Assembly (NCBI GenBank): GCA_002269645.1
Contig: NIVC01003414.1
Location: 35,110 to 99,109 of the forward strand
Origin: Macrostomum lignano
Lineage: Eukaryota
DNA: 64,000 nt
Direction of reading: 5' to 3'
Part shown: piece after piece, positions 23,020 to 34,434 of the stretch
Layout: each line of letters opens with the position of its first letter
How positions within the stretch are numbered: the stretch's first letter is position 1
The notes under the pieces: generated by a model
Seen by the model: only the letters and a program-made list of their open reading frames with translations
The model's database searches: none
Told to the model about the DNA's origin: nothing
Made by a program: the position numbers and the translations under genes

Positions 23020-23066
<47 letters not shown>

Positions 23067-23250
23067 TCCTTAGTGTCCATCTGTCTGTCTGTCTCTGTCT
23101 GTCTGCCTGTCTGTCCGTCTGTCTGTCTGTCTGTCTGACAGTCTGCCTGCCGGTCTGTCTGTCTTAGTGTCCATCTGTCTGTCTGTCTCTGTCTGTCCGT
23201 CTGTCTGCTCTGTCTGCTTGCCTGTCTGTCTGTCTTAGTGTCCATCTGTC

Positions 23251-23289
<39 letters not shown>

Positions 23290-24027
23290 GCCTGCCTGTC
23301 TGTCTGTCTGTCTGCTTGACAGTCTGCCTGCCTGCCTGTCTGTCTGTCTTAGTGTCCGTCTGTCTGTCTGTCTGCCTGTCTGTCTGTCTGTCTGTATGTA
23401 TGTCTGTCTGTCTGTCTGTCTGTCTTTCAACTGAACTGGGGTTATTTTTTCCATTCTCCTATCGATCGCAGGGCCGAAGTACTCCTACATTGGTTGCTAT
23501 GGCGACACCAGCCGGCGGGACCTCTCCAACTACGTGGCCCGCAGCCGCATGTCGGTAGAGTTCTGCTACAGGGAGTGCGACAGGCTCCGCTACCGGTACT
23601 TCGGGCTGCAGAACGGGCGCCTGTGCTTCTGCGGCAACACCTACGGGTTGTACGGACAGAAGAGCGAACGGGAGTGCAACCTGCGCTGCAACGGCAACCG
23701 GGACGAGTTCTGCGGCGGCCGGCTGCGCAACTGCATCTACGAAATCCACACGGTGAGCGAAGCTGCAGTTTTCACTAATTGGCAAAGCACATATGTACAA
23801 ATGTACATGTACCTGCACAGTTTGTAATTGAGAGGTCTCAGAAGGTGAGATAAATATTACAAGTACATTTGCATACAGTCGACCATGAAACAAACAATTT
23901 TCATGCGCAGATTGTTCTACTGATGAAACTTCTTAAAGCAGTATAGTGTGTTTATGTTGCTGAATTTAAAACAAATTATTATAGTGTTTTTAATTTTCAC
24001 TTTCAGAGCGGCAGCTGGCGGAAGTAG
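22755..24027 (+). CDS. Small secreted single-WSC-domain protein, 125 aa; exons 22755-22830, 23472-23752, 24007-24027
   Basis: Signal peptide [25 protein letters not shown] pattern YIGCYGD...[10 protein letters not shown]...[14 protein letters not shown]...[19 protein letters not shown] junctions in phases 1 and 0. Confidence 0.88.
22880..23425. repeat. (TCTG)n-based microsatellite filling WSC intron 1
   Basis: Directly visible, with interspersed CTTAGTGTCC units. Confidence 0.95.
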
Positions 24028-24409
24028 CGACGCAGACAGACGGACAGGAAGACAGACGGACAGGCAGACAGACGGACAGGCAGACAGACGGACAGGCAGA
24101 CGGACAGGCAGACGGACGCTATAAAACGATATTTATGCACGCGCTTGTGCAATAGGGAGATTAGATAAAAAACTTTCTGTTGGCAATTGTTGAAGACAAT
24201 TTGTTTTTGTAATAAGATAAACGAAGCAATGCATCTAGCATTACAGTAGTCATCATATCATTTTACTGCGCAAGTAATGAATACCTATATTATAGTAATA
24301 ATAAGATATACTGTATATAGCGCATATATCCAGATGTGCCGGCTCGTCACAGTGAAATATACACCTGAGAAAATTAATTAACAACCTTTGAATCGGGAGT
24401 TTAAGGACA

Positions 24410-27226
24410 CCATTCAATCCAATTGCCGGACCACATTCAATCCAATTGCCTGACCACATTCAATCCAATTGCCTGACCACATTCAATCCAATTGCCTGAC
24501 CACATTCAATCCAATTGCCTGACCACATTCAATCCAATTGCCTGACCACATTCAATCCAATTGCCTGACCACATTCAATCCAATTGCCTGACCACATTCA
24601 ATCCAATTGCCTGACCACATTCAATCCAATTGCCTGACCACATTCAATCCAATTGTCTGACCACATTCAATCCAATTGCCTGACCACATTCAATCCAATT
24701 GTCTGACCACATTCAATCCAATTGCCTGACCACATTCAATCCAATTGCCTGACCACATTCAATCCAATTGCCTGACCACATTCAATCCAATTGCCTGACC
24801 ACATTCAATCCAATTGCCTAACCCCATCCAACCCAATTGCTTGACCCCATCCAATCCAATTGCCTGACCCCATCCAATCCAATTGCCTGACCCCATCGAG
24901 CCAAATTGCCTGACCCCATCCAGCCAAATTGCCTGACCCCATCCAATCCAATTGCCTGACCCCATCCAGCCAAATTGCCTGACCCCATCCAGCCAAATTG
25001 CCTGACCCCATCCAACCCAATTGCCTGACCCCATCTAATCCAATTGCCTGACCACATTCAATCCAATTGCCTGACCCCATCCAACCCAATTGCCTGACCC
25101 CATCCAACCTAATTGCCTGACCACATTCAATCCAATTGCCTGACCCCATCCAACCCAATTGCTTGACCCCATCCAATCCAATTGCCTGACCCCATCCAAT
25201 CCAATTGCCTGACCCCATCGAGCCAAATTGCCTGACCCCATCCAGCCAAATTGCCTGACCCCATCCAACCCAATTGCCTGACCCCATCTAATCCAATTGC
25301 CTGACCACATTCAATCCAATTGCCTGACCCCATCCAACCCAATTGCCTGACCCCATCCAATCCAATTGCCTGACCCCATCCAACCCAATTGCTTGACCCC
25401 ATCCAATCCAATTGCCTGACCCCATCCAATCCAATTGCCTGACCCCATCGAGCCAAATTGCCTGACCCCATCCAGCCAAATTGCCTGACCCCATCCAATC
25501 CAATTGCCTGACCCCATCCAGCCAAATTGCCTGACCCCATCCAGCCAAATTGCCTGACCCCATCCAACCCAATTGCCTGACCCCATCTAATCCAATTGCC
25601 TGACCACATTCAATCCAATTGCCTGACCCCATCCAACCCAATTGCCTGACCCCATCCAATCCAATTGCCTGACCCCATCCAACCCAATTGCCTGACCCCA
25701 TCCAGCCGAATTGCCTGACCCCATCCAGCCAAATTGCCTGACCCCATCCAACCCAATTGCCTGACCCCATCCAATCCAATTGCCTGACCCCATCCAGCCA
25801 AATTGCCTGACCCCATCCAATCCAATTGCCTGACCCCATCCAATCCAATTGCCTGACCCCATCCAATCCAATTGCCTGACCACATCCAATCCAATTGTCT
25901 GACCACATTCAATCCAATTGCCTGACCACATCCAATCCAATTGCCTGACCCCATCCAATCCAATTGCCTGACCCCATCCAACCCAATTGCCTGACCCCAT
26001 CCAATCCAATTGCCTGACCCCATCCAATCCAATTGCCTGACCCCATCGAGCCAAATTGCCTGACCCCATCCAACCCAATTGCCTGACCCCATCTAATCCA
26101 ATTGCCTGACCACATTCAATCCAATTGCCTGACCCCATCCAATCCAATTGCCTGACCCCATCCAATCCAATTGCCTGACCACATTCAATCCAATTGCCTG
26201 ACCACATTCAATCCAATTGCCTGACCACATTCAATCCAATTGCCTGACCACATTCAATCCAATTGCCTGACCCCATCCAGCCAAATTGCCTGACCCCATC
26301 CAACCCAATTGCCTGACCCCATCCAATCCAATTGCCTGACCACATTCAATCCAATTGCCTGACCCCATCGAGCCAAATTGCCTGACCCCATCCAACCCAA
26401 TTGCCTGACCCCATCCAATCCAATTGCCTGACCACATTCAATCCAATTGCCTGACCCCATCCAACCCAATTGCCTGACCCCATCCAATCCAATTGCCTGA
26501 CCCCATCAAACCCAATTGCCTGACCACATTCAATCCAATTGCCTGACCACATCCAATCCAATTGCCTGACCCCATCCAATCCAATTGCCTGACCCCATCC
26601 AACCCAATTGCTTGACCCCATCCAACCCAATTGCCTGACCCATCCAATCCAATTGCCTGACCCCATCCAACCCAATTGCCTGACCCCATCCAATCCAATT
26701 GCCTGACCACATTCAATCCAATTGCCTGACCCCATCCAACCCAATTGCCTGACCCCATCCAATCCAATTGCCTGACCCCATCAAACCCAATTGCCTGACC
26801 ACATTCAATCCAATTGCCTGACCACATCCAATCCAATTGCCTGACCCCATCCAATCCAATTGCCTGACCCCATCCAACCCAATTGCTTGACCCCATCCAA
26901 CCCAATTGCCTGACCCATCCAATCCAATTGCCTGACCCCATCCAACCCAATTGCCTGACCACATTCAATCCAATTGCCTGACCCCATCCAACCCAATTGC
27001 CTGACCCCATCCAATCCAATTGCCTGACCCCATCAAACCCAATTGCCTGACCACATTCAATCCAATTGCCTGACCACATCCAATCCAATTGCCTGACCCC
27101 ATCCAATCCAATTGCCTGACCCCATCCAACCCAATTGCTTGACCCCATCCAACCCAATTGCCTGACCCATCCAATCCAATTGCCTGACCCAATCCAACCC
27201 AATTGCCTGACCCCATCCAATCCAAT
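24410..27226. repeat. 2.8-kb minisatellite, 23-bp unit CCAATTGCCTGACC(A/C)CAT(T/C)CAA(T/C), about 120 copies with higher-order blocks
   Basis: Direct tandem array. Homogeneous 5' domain, then variant blocks. Confidence 0.97.
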
Positions 27227-27425
27227 TTTCAGACTCAAGCGTATCCTCATTCCCTAACTCATTTATTTATTAGAGGTAGAAGAGGCAGGGCCGTTGTGTG
27301 CACCTTGGCGCACTTTAAGCGACATAGGCACACAACCGGCGAGAGGCATTACTGCCCATTCCGCAGACTCCCCTGAGTAGGCTCACAAGCGCAAGCGCAA
27401 GTGCAAGGAGTGGACAGCGGCCCTA

Positions 27426-28263
27426 ACTTTATTTATCGTTAGGCATGTACACTTCACCGTGCCTTGGGGGTTGGCCCTCAAGGGCGTTGATTGCACGAGC
27501 AGAGCCAAGCCGAGAATCCAATTTAGCCCCAAATTAACGTGGGGGGGTTTCACAAACTCGAAATTTCACAACGTCGAAAGCACCTTCTTTCACAAGGTCG
27601 AAACTTCACAAGGTCGAAATTTCACAACATCGAAAACTTTAGCAAAGGACTTCATAAGGTCGAAAATTCACAAGGTCGAAATTTCACAACATCGAAAACT
27701 CGAAAAGCAGCCACTTTCATAAGGTAGAAATTTCACAAGGTCGAAATTTCACAACATCGAAAACTTTAGCAAGAGACTTCATAAGGTCGAAATTTCATAA
27801 GGTCGAAATTTCACAACGTAGAAAACTACTGTATGGTTCTTGATAGATAAAATTTTCGACTTTGTGAAATTTCGAGCTTATGAAGTTTCGACCTTGTGAA
27901 AGTGGCTGCACTTGAGTTTTCGATGTTATGAAATTTCGACCTTGTGAAATTTCGACCTTATGAAATCTCTTGCTAGATTTTTCGATGTTGTGAAATTTCG
28001 ACCTTGTGAAGTTTCGACCTTGTGAAAGTGGCTGCTATTTGAGTTTTCGATGTTGTGAAATTTCGACCTTATGAAATTTCGACCTTATGAAGTCTCTTGC
28101 TAAAGTTTTCGATGTTGTGAAATTTCGACCTTGTGAAGTTTCGACCTTGTGAAATAATTTACTTTTCGACGTTGTGAAAGCACCCCATTAACGTGACTGC
28201 ACTTGGAATCGAGCCTGGACCGCTGGCACACCAGAGCCTGCGCTAGACCACTGGGCTACGGCC
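27426..28263 (-). mobile_element. tRNA-derived SINE-like sequence split by the 27542-28186 foldback element
   Basis: The minus strand from 28263 reads GGCCGTAGCCCAGTGGTCTAGCG (A-box-like) ... GGCTCGATTCC (degenerate B-box). The body continues past the 9-bp TSD to an ATAAATAAA tract near 27430. The cloverleaf is broken. Confidence 0.5.
27542..28186. mobile_element. Foldback element (MULE-like) with modular arms of GTCGAAATTTCACAA(G/C) repeats
   Basis: 9-bp TSD ATTAACGTG at 27533-27541 and 28187-28195. G-rich/C-rich termini. Left-arm repeats are inverted relative to right-arm repeats, with a spacer of about 30 bp. Confidence 0.8.
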
Positions 28264-28497
28264 ACTGTCCGTCACTCATTGAGATAACGTAAAAATACGT
28301 GGTGATTTCGTTCATTTTACGCTCAGTACAGTGATGATACATGTCTGTAAAATACAGCGAGGCATGAATACCTCGCTCCAATGATAAAATTCATAAAATA
28401 TATTTCATGGCACAGGCGTACATAACTACTTGACAAAAGACTTCGCATTTCAACTGCTGGCAACTGGTGCCAAGGAACTAAAGTGTCACCATGCTCA

Positions 28498-29097
28498 GCT
28501 AAGGGATTTGGGATGCTTAGCTAAGGGATTTGGGATGCTTAGCTAAGGGATTTGGGATGCTTTGCTAAGGGATTTGGGATGCTTAGCTAAGGGATTTGGG
28601 ATGCTTAGCTAAGGGATTTGGGATCATTAGCTAAGGGATTTGGGATGCTTTGCTAAGGGATTTGGGATGCTTAGCTAAGGGATTTGGGATGCTTTGCTAA
28701 GGGATATGGGATGCTTAGCTAAGGGATTTGGGATGCTTAGCTAAGGGATTTGGGATGCTTTGCTAAGAGATTTGGGATGTTTTGCTAAGGGATTTGGGAT
28801 GCTTAGCTAAGGGATTTGGGATGCTTAGCTAAGGGATTTGGGATCATTAGCTAAGGGATTTGGGATGCTTAGCTAAGGGATTTGGGATGCTTAGCAAAGG
28901 GATTTGGGATGCTTAGCTAAGGGATTTGGGATCATTAGCTAAGGGATTTGGGATGCTTAGCTAAGGGATTTGGGATCATTAGCTAAGGGATTTGGGATCA
29001 TTAGCTAAGGGATTTGGGATCATTAGCTAAGGGGTTTGGGATCATTAGCTAAGGGGTTTGGGATCATTAGCTAAGGGATTTGGGATCATTAGCTAAG
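28498..29097. repeat. Minisatellite, 22-bp unit GCTAAGGGATTTGGGATGCTTA, about 27 copies
   Basis: Direct tandem array beginning 10 bp past the NR2C2AP stop codon. Confidence 0.95.
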
Positions 29098-29106
29098 GCG
29101 TGTGAG

Positions 29107-29568
29107 TCAGCACGGGAGCACGGTGCCCCCCAGCTGGTAGACTGTCACCCGGCCAAAAGGATCGGCAGTTTCTAAGAAAGTGAGTCGAATCCGGTCGCGC
29201 ACGGGCGGCGCGCCCGGCGCCAAGTTCAGCGACTGCAACTGGCTGGAGTCGGAGAGGCGGGCGTCCGCCAGCAGTTGAGGCTCGCCATCGCCTGGAAGAG
29301 CGGCCACCAGGCAGCGGGTGGCGGAGAAGCCGCCCTGAAACTGCAGCTGCAGGCTGAGCAGCCGGGAGGGCCGGGCCAGGGCCAGCTCAATCCACTGCCC
29401 GGCGCCCTGATCGGAGTTCCAGCAGGTCTCGGGATTGCGATCGGTGAGGTGCCGCTTGCCGAACTCGGAGTTGTTCCTGTTCAGCACCGAGCTCACCCGC
29501 ACGGCGGCAATGGCGGTCAGCAGGTCCGCGGCAGGACTCTCCGATGCGTCTTGCTGAAGCAGCGGCAT
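29107..29568 (-). CDS. NR2C2AP: Nuclear receptor 2C2-associated protein (discoidin-like fold), intronless
   Basis: RVSSVLNRNNSEFGKRHL..RNPETCWNSDQG..QWI, LQFQGGFS and DPFGRVTVY match the conserved NR2C2AP blocks. Confidence 0.92.
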   Translation of the reverse strand: MPLLQQDASESPAADLLTAIAAVRVSSVLNRNNSEFGKRHLTDRNPETCWNSDQGAGQWIELALARPSRLLSLQLQFQGGFSATRCLVAALPGDGEPQLLADARLSDSSQLQSLNLAPGAPPVRDRIRLTFLETADPFGRVTVYQLGGTVLPC

Positions 29569-29659
29569 CAAGTTTGAGCGGCGCGTCGGTAGCGTTCATT
29601 CTTTAAGGCGCAATAGCTCCGCTTATACTACTTACTTAGTAGAGTGCACAGTGTTCTAC

Positions 29660-30921
29660 TTGTAGGTGAATGGGTAGAGAGGGAAGAGGGTAGAGGGTGG
29701 AGGGGTTAAAGAGGTAAGAAGGGGAGAGAAGAGAGGGCAGAGGGGAGGGAGAGAAGAGGATAGAGGGGAGGGAGAGAAGAGAGCAGAGGGGAGGGAGAGA
29801 AGAGGGCAGAAGGTGAGAGGAGAGAGGGCAGAGGGGAGGGAGAGAAGAGGGTAGAGGGGAGGGAGAGAAGAGAGGGGCAGAGGGGAGAGAAGAGGGCAGA
29901 GGGGAGGGAGAGAAGAGGGCAGAGGGGAGGGAGAGAAGAGGGCAGAGTGGAGGGAGAGAAGAGGGTAGAGGGGAGGGAGAGAAGAGGGTAGAGGGGGGGG
30001 AGAGGGCAGCAGAGGGGAGGGAGAGAAGAGGGTAGAGGGGAGGGAGAGAAGAGAGGGGCAGAGGGGAGAGAAGAGGGCAGAAGGAGGGAGAGAAGACGGC
30101 AGAGGGGAGGGAGAGAAGAGAGAGTAGAGGCGAGGGAGAGAAGAGATGGCAGAGGAGAGGAGAGGGTAGAGGGGAGGGAGAGAAGAGGGTAGACGGGAGG
30201 GAGAGAAGAGAGGGGCAGAGGGGAGAGAAGAGGGTAGAGGGGAGGGAGAGAAGACGGCAGAGGGGAGGGAGAGAAGAGAGAGTAGAGACGAGGGAGAGAA
30301 GAGATGGCAGATGAGAGGAGAGGGTAGAGGGGAGGGAGAGAAGAGGGCAGAGGGGAGGGAGAGAAGAGAGGGCAGAGGGGAGAGAAGAGAGGGTAGAGGG
30401 GAGAGAAGAGAGGGGAAGAGGGGAGAGAAGAGAGGGACAGAGGGGAGAGAAGAGGGCAGAAGGTGAGAGGAGAGAGGGCAGAGGGGAGGGAGAGAAGAGG
30501 GTAGAGGGGATGGAGAGAAGAGAGAGTAGAGGGGAGAGAAGAGAGGGCAGAGGAGAGAAGAGGGTAGAGGGGAGGGAGAGAAAAGAGGGCAGAGGGGAGA
30601 GAAGAGAGGGTAGAGGGGAGGGAAAGAAGAGAGGGTAGAGGGGAGGGAGAGAAGAGAGGGCAGAGGGGAGAGAAGAGAGGGTAGAGGGGAGGGAGAGAAG
30701 AGAGGGCAGAGGGGAGAGAAGAGAGGGTAGAGGGGAGGCAGAGAAGAGGGTAGAGGGGAGGGAAAGAAGAGAGGGTAGAGGGGAGGGAAAGAAGAGAGGG
30801 TAGAGGGGAGGGAGAGAAGAGGGTAGAGGGGAGGGAAAGAAGAGAGGGTAGAGGGGAGGGAGAGAAGAGAGGGCAGAGGGGAGAGAAGAGAGGGGAGAGG
30901 GGAGGGAGAGAAGAGGGTAGA
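29660..30921. repeat. 1.25-kb polypurine/polypyrimidine degenerate array (GAGGGGAGGGAGAGAAGAGGG(T/C)A-like)
   Basis: The plus strand is almost exclusively G/A. The P/S/L-rich ORFs are artefacts. Confidence 0.95.
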
Positions 30922-30984
30922 GTAGCACACATGGCATTGAAACCAATCAAAGCATAAACAAAGTGAGATAGTAACAAATTAATA

Positions 30985-33263
30985 CACCATTTTACCCTCA
31001 CCCCCGAACAAATTCCGTTTCACTTTAGACAGCCGGAACTTCAGTTTAGACACTTTTAGACTGGAGCCCCGAATCTACATTCACTATCGACAAACTCCGT
31101 TTCAGTATCGACAGCTAAGCTTTGTGCTGCTACACTTCTATCTATTTACATAGGCAAGTAAGGAAACGCACATCCAGATCAAGGCGAAACTCCCTTTCAC
31201 TTTCGACAAACGCCACTTCTCCTTAAACAGTCTATGGTCTAAGCTGCTGAAACTCCGTTTCCCTTTAGTCAACCAACATTCAAGATAGACAAGATACATT
31301 CACTTTAGACAGATTCTTAGATGCGTAATTTGTTTACGCCTAAGTGTTGGCTGAAAGAGGGGTTTTGACCATAGATACCTTTTAAGACACCTTTTTCGCC
31401 CCTTTGAACAGTGTGGGGTGGCAGGGTCGCCGGCCAGACCTTCCGAACTTCCGAACCAAAGTCTCAGCCTACTCTCCCTTCGCTTCAAACACTGAAGCCT
31501 ATTCGCTAAAGATATTCGCTAAAGCAAGCCCTGAAAAAGATAGAGGACAGTGAAGATTCGTACCTAGAAGAGGAGCCTGGTTACGAAGACGAAAGTGAAA
31601 CCAACTTTGAAGAGCAGGCTCCAGCGCAACAGCGACAGCCAGTGAGCAACCATGACAGGCAGCGACTTCTCTCCGCTTACCAGAAGGGCGAAGATTTTAT
31701 CCTACTGGCCTCTCAACTTGGCATCAAGAGAACGACCGCATATTCCATTGTGAGGAGTGGACGAGTGGAGAAGCTTTCGTGCGGCGGAGCCAAGAACGTG
31801 AAGTGGGATGGTGAGATGCAAGAATATTTGTGCGCAATCGTGGAGCAGAATCCATTGCTGACTCTGAAAGAGATGAACACCATGCTCAGACAAGCTTTTC
31901 CTGAGAAGCAGCATGTCTCAGAAAAGACACTGAGCATAAAACTCGACGGTGCACTGTTCACAACGAAGCTGGCACGAGATCTTCCAGCTGAGCGCAACTC
32001 GCCAAGGGTTGTAGCCGCTCGTGAGCAATTTGCTCAGTGGATGTGCTCGCCCGAAGAATCTGACACAGAGAAGATCTTTATTGACGAGTTTGGCTTCAAC
32101 ACATGGATGCGGCGATCCTATGGACGATCTCTTCGTGGACAGCGCGTGTACCAACAGGTTTCTGGACAGAAGGGACAGCGCATCACCGTCTGCCTGGTAG
32201 TAAGCCCGGCTGCTGGAATCGTGCACTTCCAGTCATACGACAGCGGCATGACAAAGGAGAGATTCGGCGAGTTTCTCACAAACACAATCGCCAACTTCCA
32301 CAGCGTGTTTCCAGACAGTAGCATCAGTGTTGTCATAGACAACGTCAGCAGCCACAATGACACCGAAAGCTACGAGGTCGAAGACGCTGTGGAAGTGAGA
32401 CGACTGCCACCCTACAGCCCATTTCTCACCCCAGTTGAGAACGCGATATCATGCTGGAAGGCGGCTCTGAAGCGTCGACTGTCGGCGATCCAAGATTCCT
32501 TCATCAGGCCGACCGAGCAGCAGCTTGCTGGTCGCAGCCTGGCGGCGTACCGCCGAGACATTCTACTTCGTGAGGTGGACGGCACCGCCGACTGCATCAC
32601 TATAGAGAAGGTGGCACGGTGGCTCAGCCATTGCTTCAGGTATCTGCCACGGTGCTTGGCGTCTCAGCCAATTGATGGCTAATGGAAATCAGAACCCATC
32701 GCTGAACTATCGCTTCGCTTCTGTTGGCTTTGCCGTTTTAATCACGACGCTGTTAAACAAACATTTTTCGGAAGTCCTGAATTCTCAAATGCCTTTTAAA
32801 TTAGGCAGCCAAGCTAACTGTTTATTGATAAAAAATCCTCCATGCACGCCATCTTCTGTTACAATGAAAGTTTTAAACCTTGGAAATTTCCATGAACATG
32901 CTTAATAAACCTTTACACACCTCCCGTGTGAGTTAATGTCTAAAGTGAATGTACCTTGTCTATCTTGAATGTTGGTTGACTAAAGGGAAACGGAGTTTCA
33001 GCAGCTTAGACCATAGACTGTTTAAGGAGAAGTGGCGTTTGTCGAAAGTGAAAGGGAGTTTCGCCTTGATCTGGATGTGCGTTTCCTTACTTGCCTATGT
33101 AAATAGATAGAAGTGTAGCAGCACAAAGCTTAGCTGTCGATACTGAAACGGAGTTTGTCGATAGTGAATGCAGATTCGGGGCTCCAGTCTAAAAGTGTCT
33201 AAACTGAAGTTCCGACTGTCTAAAGTGAAACGGAGTTTGTTCAAAAGTGAGGGTAAAATGGTG
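30985..33263 (+). mobile_element. IS630/Tc1/mariner-superfamily DNA transposon with 327-bp TIRs, 2279 bp
   Basis: TIRs 30985-31311 and 32937-33263 (CACCATTTTACCCTCAC...). TA TSD at 30983-30984 and 33264-33265. Internal direct repeats AAACTCCGTTTCACTTTAGACA-like in each TIR. Confidence 0.93.
31642..32682 (+). CDS. DDE transposase (IS630-like/Gambol-like), DD32E spacing
   Basis: N-terminal HTH (LASQLGIKRTTAYSIV), second HTH (NPLLTLKEM), then IFIDEFGF, VVIDNVSSH and LPPYSPFLTPVE. The frame is open from 31510 but has no ATG ahead of the HTH. Confidence 0.88.
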   Translation: MSNHDRQRLLSAYQKGEDFILLASQLGIKRTTAYSIVRSGRVEKLSCGGAKNVKWDGEMQEYLCAIVEQNPLLTLKEMNTMLRQAFPEKQHVSEKTLSIKLDGALFTTKLARDLPAERNSPRVVAAREQFAQWMCSPEESDTEKIFIDEFGFNTWMRRSYGRSLRGQRVYQQVSGQKGQRITVCLVVSPAAGIVHFQSYDSGMTKERFGEFLTNTIANFHSVFPDSSISVVIDNVSSHNDTESYEVEDAVEVRRLPPYSPFLTPVENAISCWKAALKRRLSAIQDSFIRPTEQQLAGRSLAAYRRDILLREVDGTADCITIEKVARWLSHCFRYLPRCLASQPIDG

Positions 33264-33678
33264 TATAACAAACATTCTGCACGCCAAAGAATTTATTTAA
33301 TTTTGGTGCAAAAGCTTCACAAATATCTGATGTAAAACGAAACAGGACATTGTATAGACAGACAGATAAGCGCCGATAGTTTACATATGCCGCAACTGAT
33401 CAAATCGCTTACTAACAGTAGTATTAAAAAAGAAACCAAACAATCAAATAAGATTAAAAAGTTTAATTAATTTTCTCGTAAAAAATTTCGAAAATCCATT
33501 TGCGCCAAGAAAAAAATAAATAGAATATGATGCAACAGAATTCTGACAGGCGTTTAGCAGACAGGTCAAAAACACAAAACAGTAACGAGAAGTCAAATTT
33601 GGGAAATTTTAGCAAACCGGCAATCCAGCTTGACACGAGGAACTTTTATGGCAGCTCTGGTCAGTGGCTTGCGAATGG

Positions 33679-34434
33679 CGACAAGGGAGGGACAGACAAG
33701 GGAGGGACAGACAAGGGAGGGACAGACAAGGGAGGGACAGACAAGGGAGGGACAGACAAGGGGGAGACAGACAAGGGGGAGACAGACAAGGGAGGGACAG
33801 ACAAGGGAGGGACAGACAAGGGGGAGACAGATAAGGGAGGGACAGACAAGGGAGGGACAGACAAGGGAGGGACAGACAAGGGAGGGACAGACAAGGGAGG
33901 GGCAGACAAGGGGGAGACAGACAAGGGGGAGACAGACAAGGGAGGGACAGACAAGGGAGGGACAGACGACAAGGGGGAGACAGACAAGGGAGGGACAGAC
34001 AAGGGGGAGACAGACAAGGGAGGGACAGACAAGGGGGAGACAGACAAGGGAGGGACAGACAAGGGGGAGACAGACAAGGGAGGGACAGACAAGGGGGAGA
34101 CAGACAAGGGAGGGACAGACAAGGGGGAGACAGACAAGGGAAGGACAGACGACAAGGGAGAGACAGACAAGGGAGGGACAGACAAGGGGGAGACAGACAA
34201 GGGAGGGACAGACAAGGGGGAGACAGACAAGGGGGAGACAGACAAGGGAGGGACAGACAAGGGGGAGACAGACAAGGGAGGGACAGACAAGGGGGAGACA
34301 GACAAGGGAGGGACAGACAAGGGAGGGACAGACAAGGGGGAGACAGACAAGGGAGGGACAGACAAGGGGGAGACAGACAAGGGAGGGACAGACAAGGGAA
34401 GGACAGACGACAAGGGAGAGACAGAAAAGATAGG
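33679..34434. repeat. 15-bp minisatellite GACAGACAAGGG(AGG/GGA), continuing at 37085-37190 after the inserted element
   Basis: Direct tandem array. The same unit resumes in the same orientation after 37084. Confidence 0.95.

Noticed and set aside
24410-27226. CRISPR-like or coding repeat (W/G-rich ORFs)
   Set aside because: The variable halves are point variants of one sequence, not spacers. The ORFs are by-products of a 23-bp period.
27288-27424. 137-bp MITE with AGGGCCG(T/C)TGT inverted ends
   Set aside because: Only 11-bp IR and no TSD found. Plausible but not supportable.
28192-28263. Functional tRNA gene
   Set aside because: T-arm and acceptor stems do not pair and the B-box is degenerate. 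It is treated as a SINE head or pseudogene.
29636-31001. 430-aa P/S/L-rich ORFs in three frames
   Set aside because: These are translations of a polypyrimidine strand that cannot contain stop codons.
31642-32682. Bacterial IS630 contamination
   Set aside because: Long eukaryote-type TIRs with a TA TSD, embedded between spliced animal genes and repeats.
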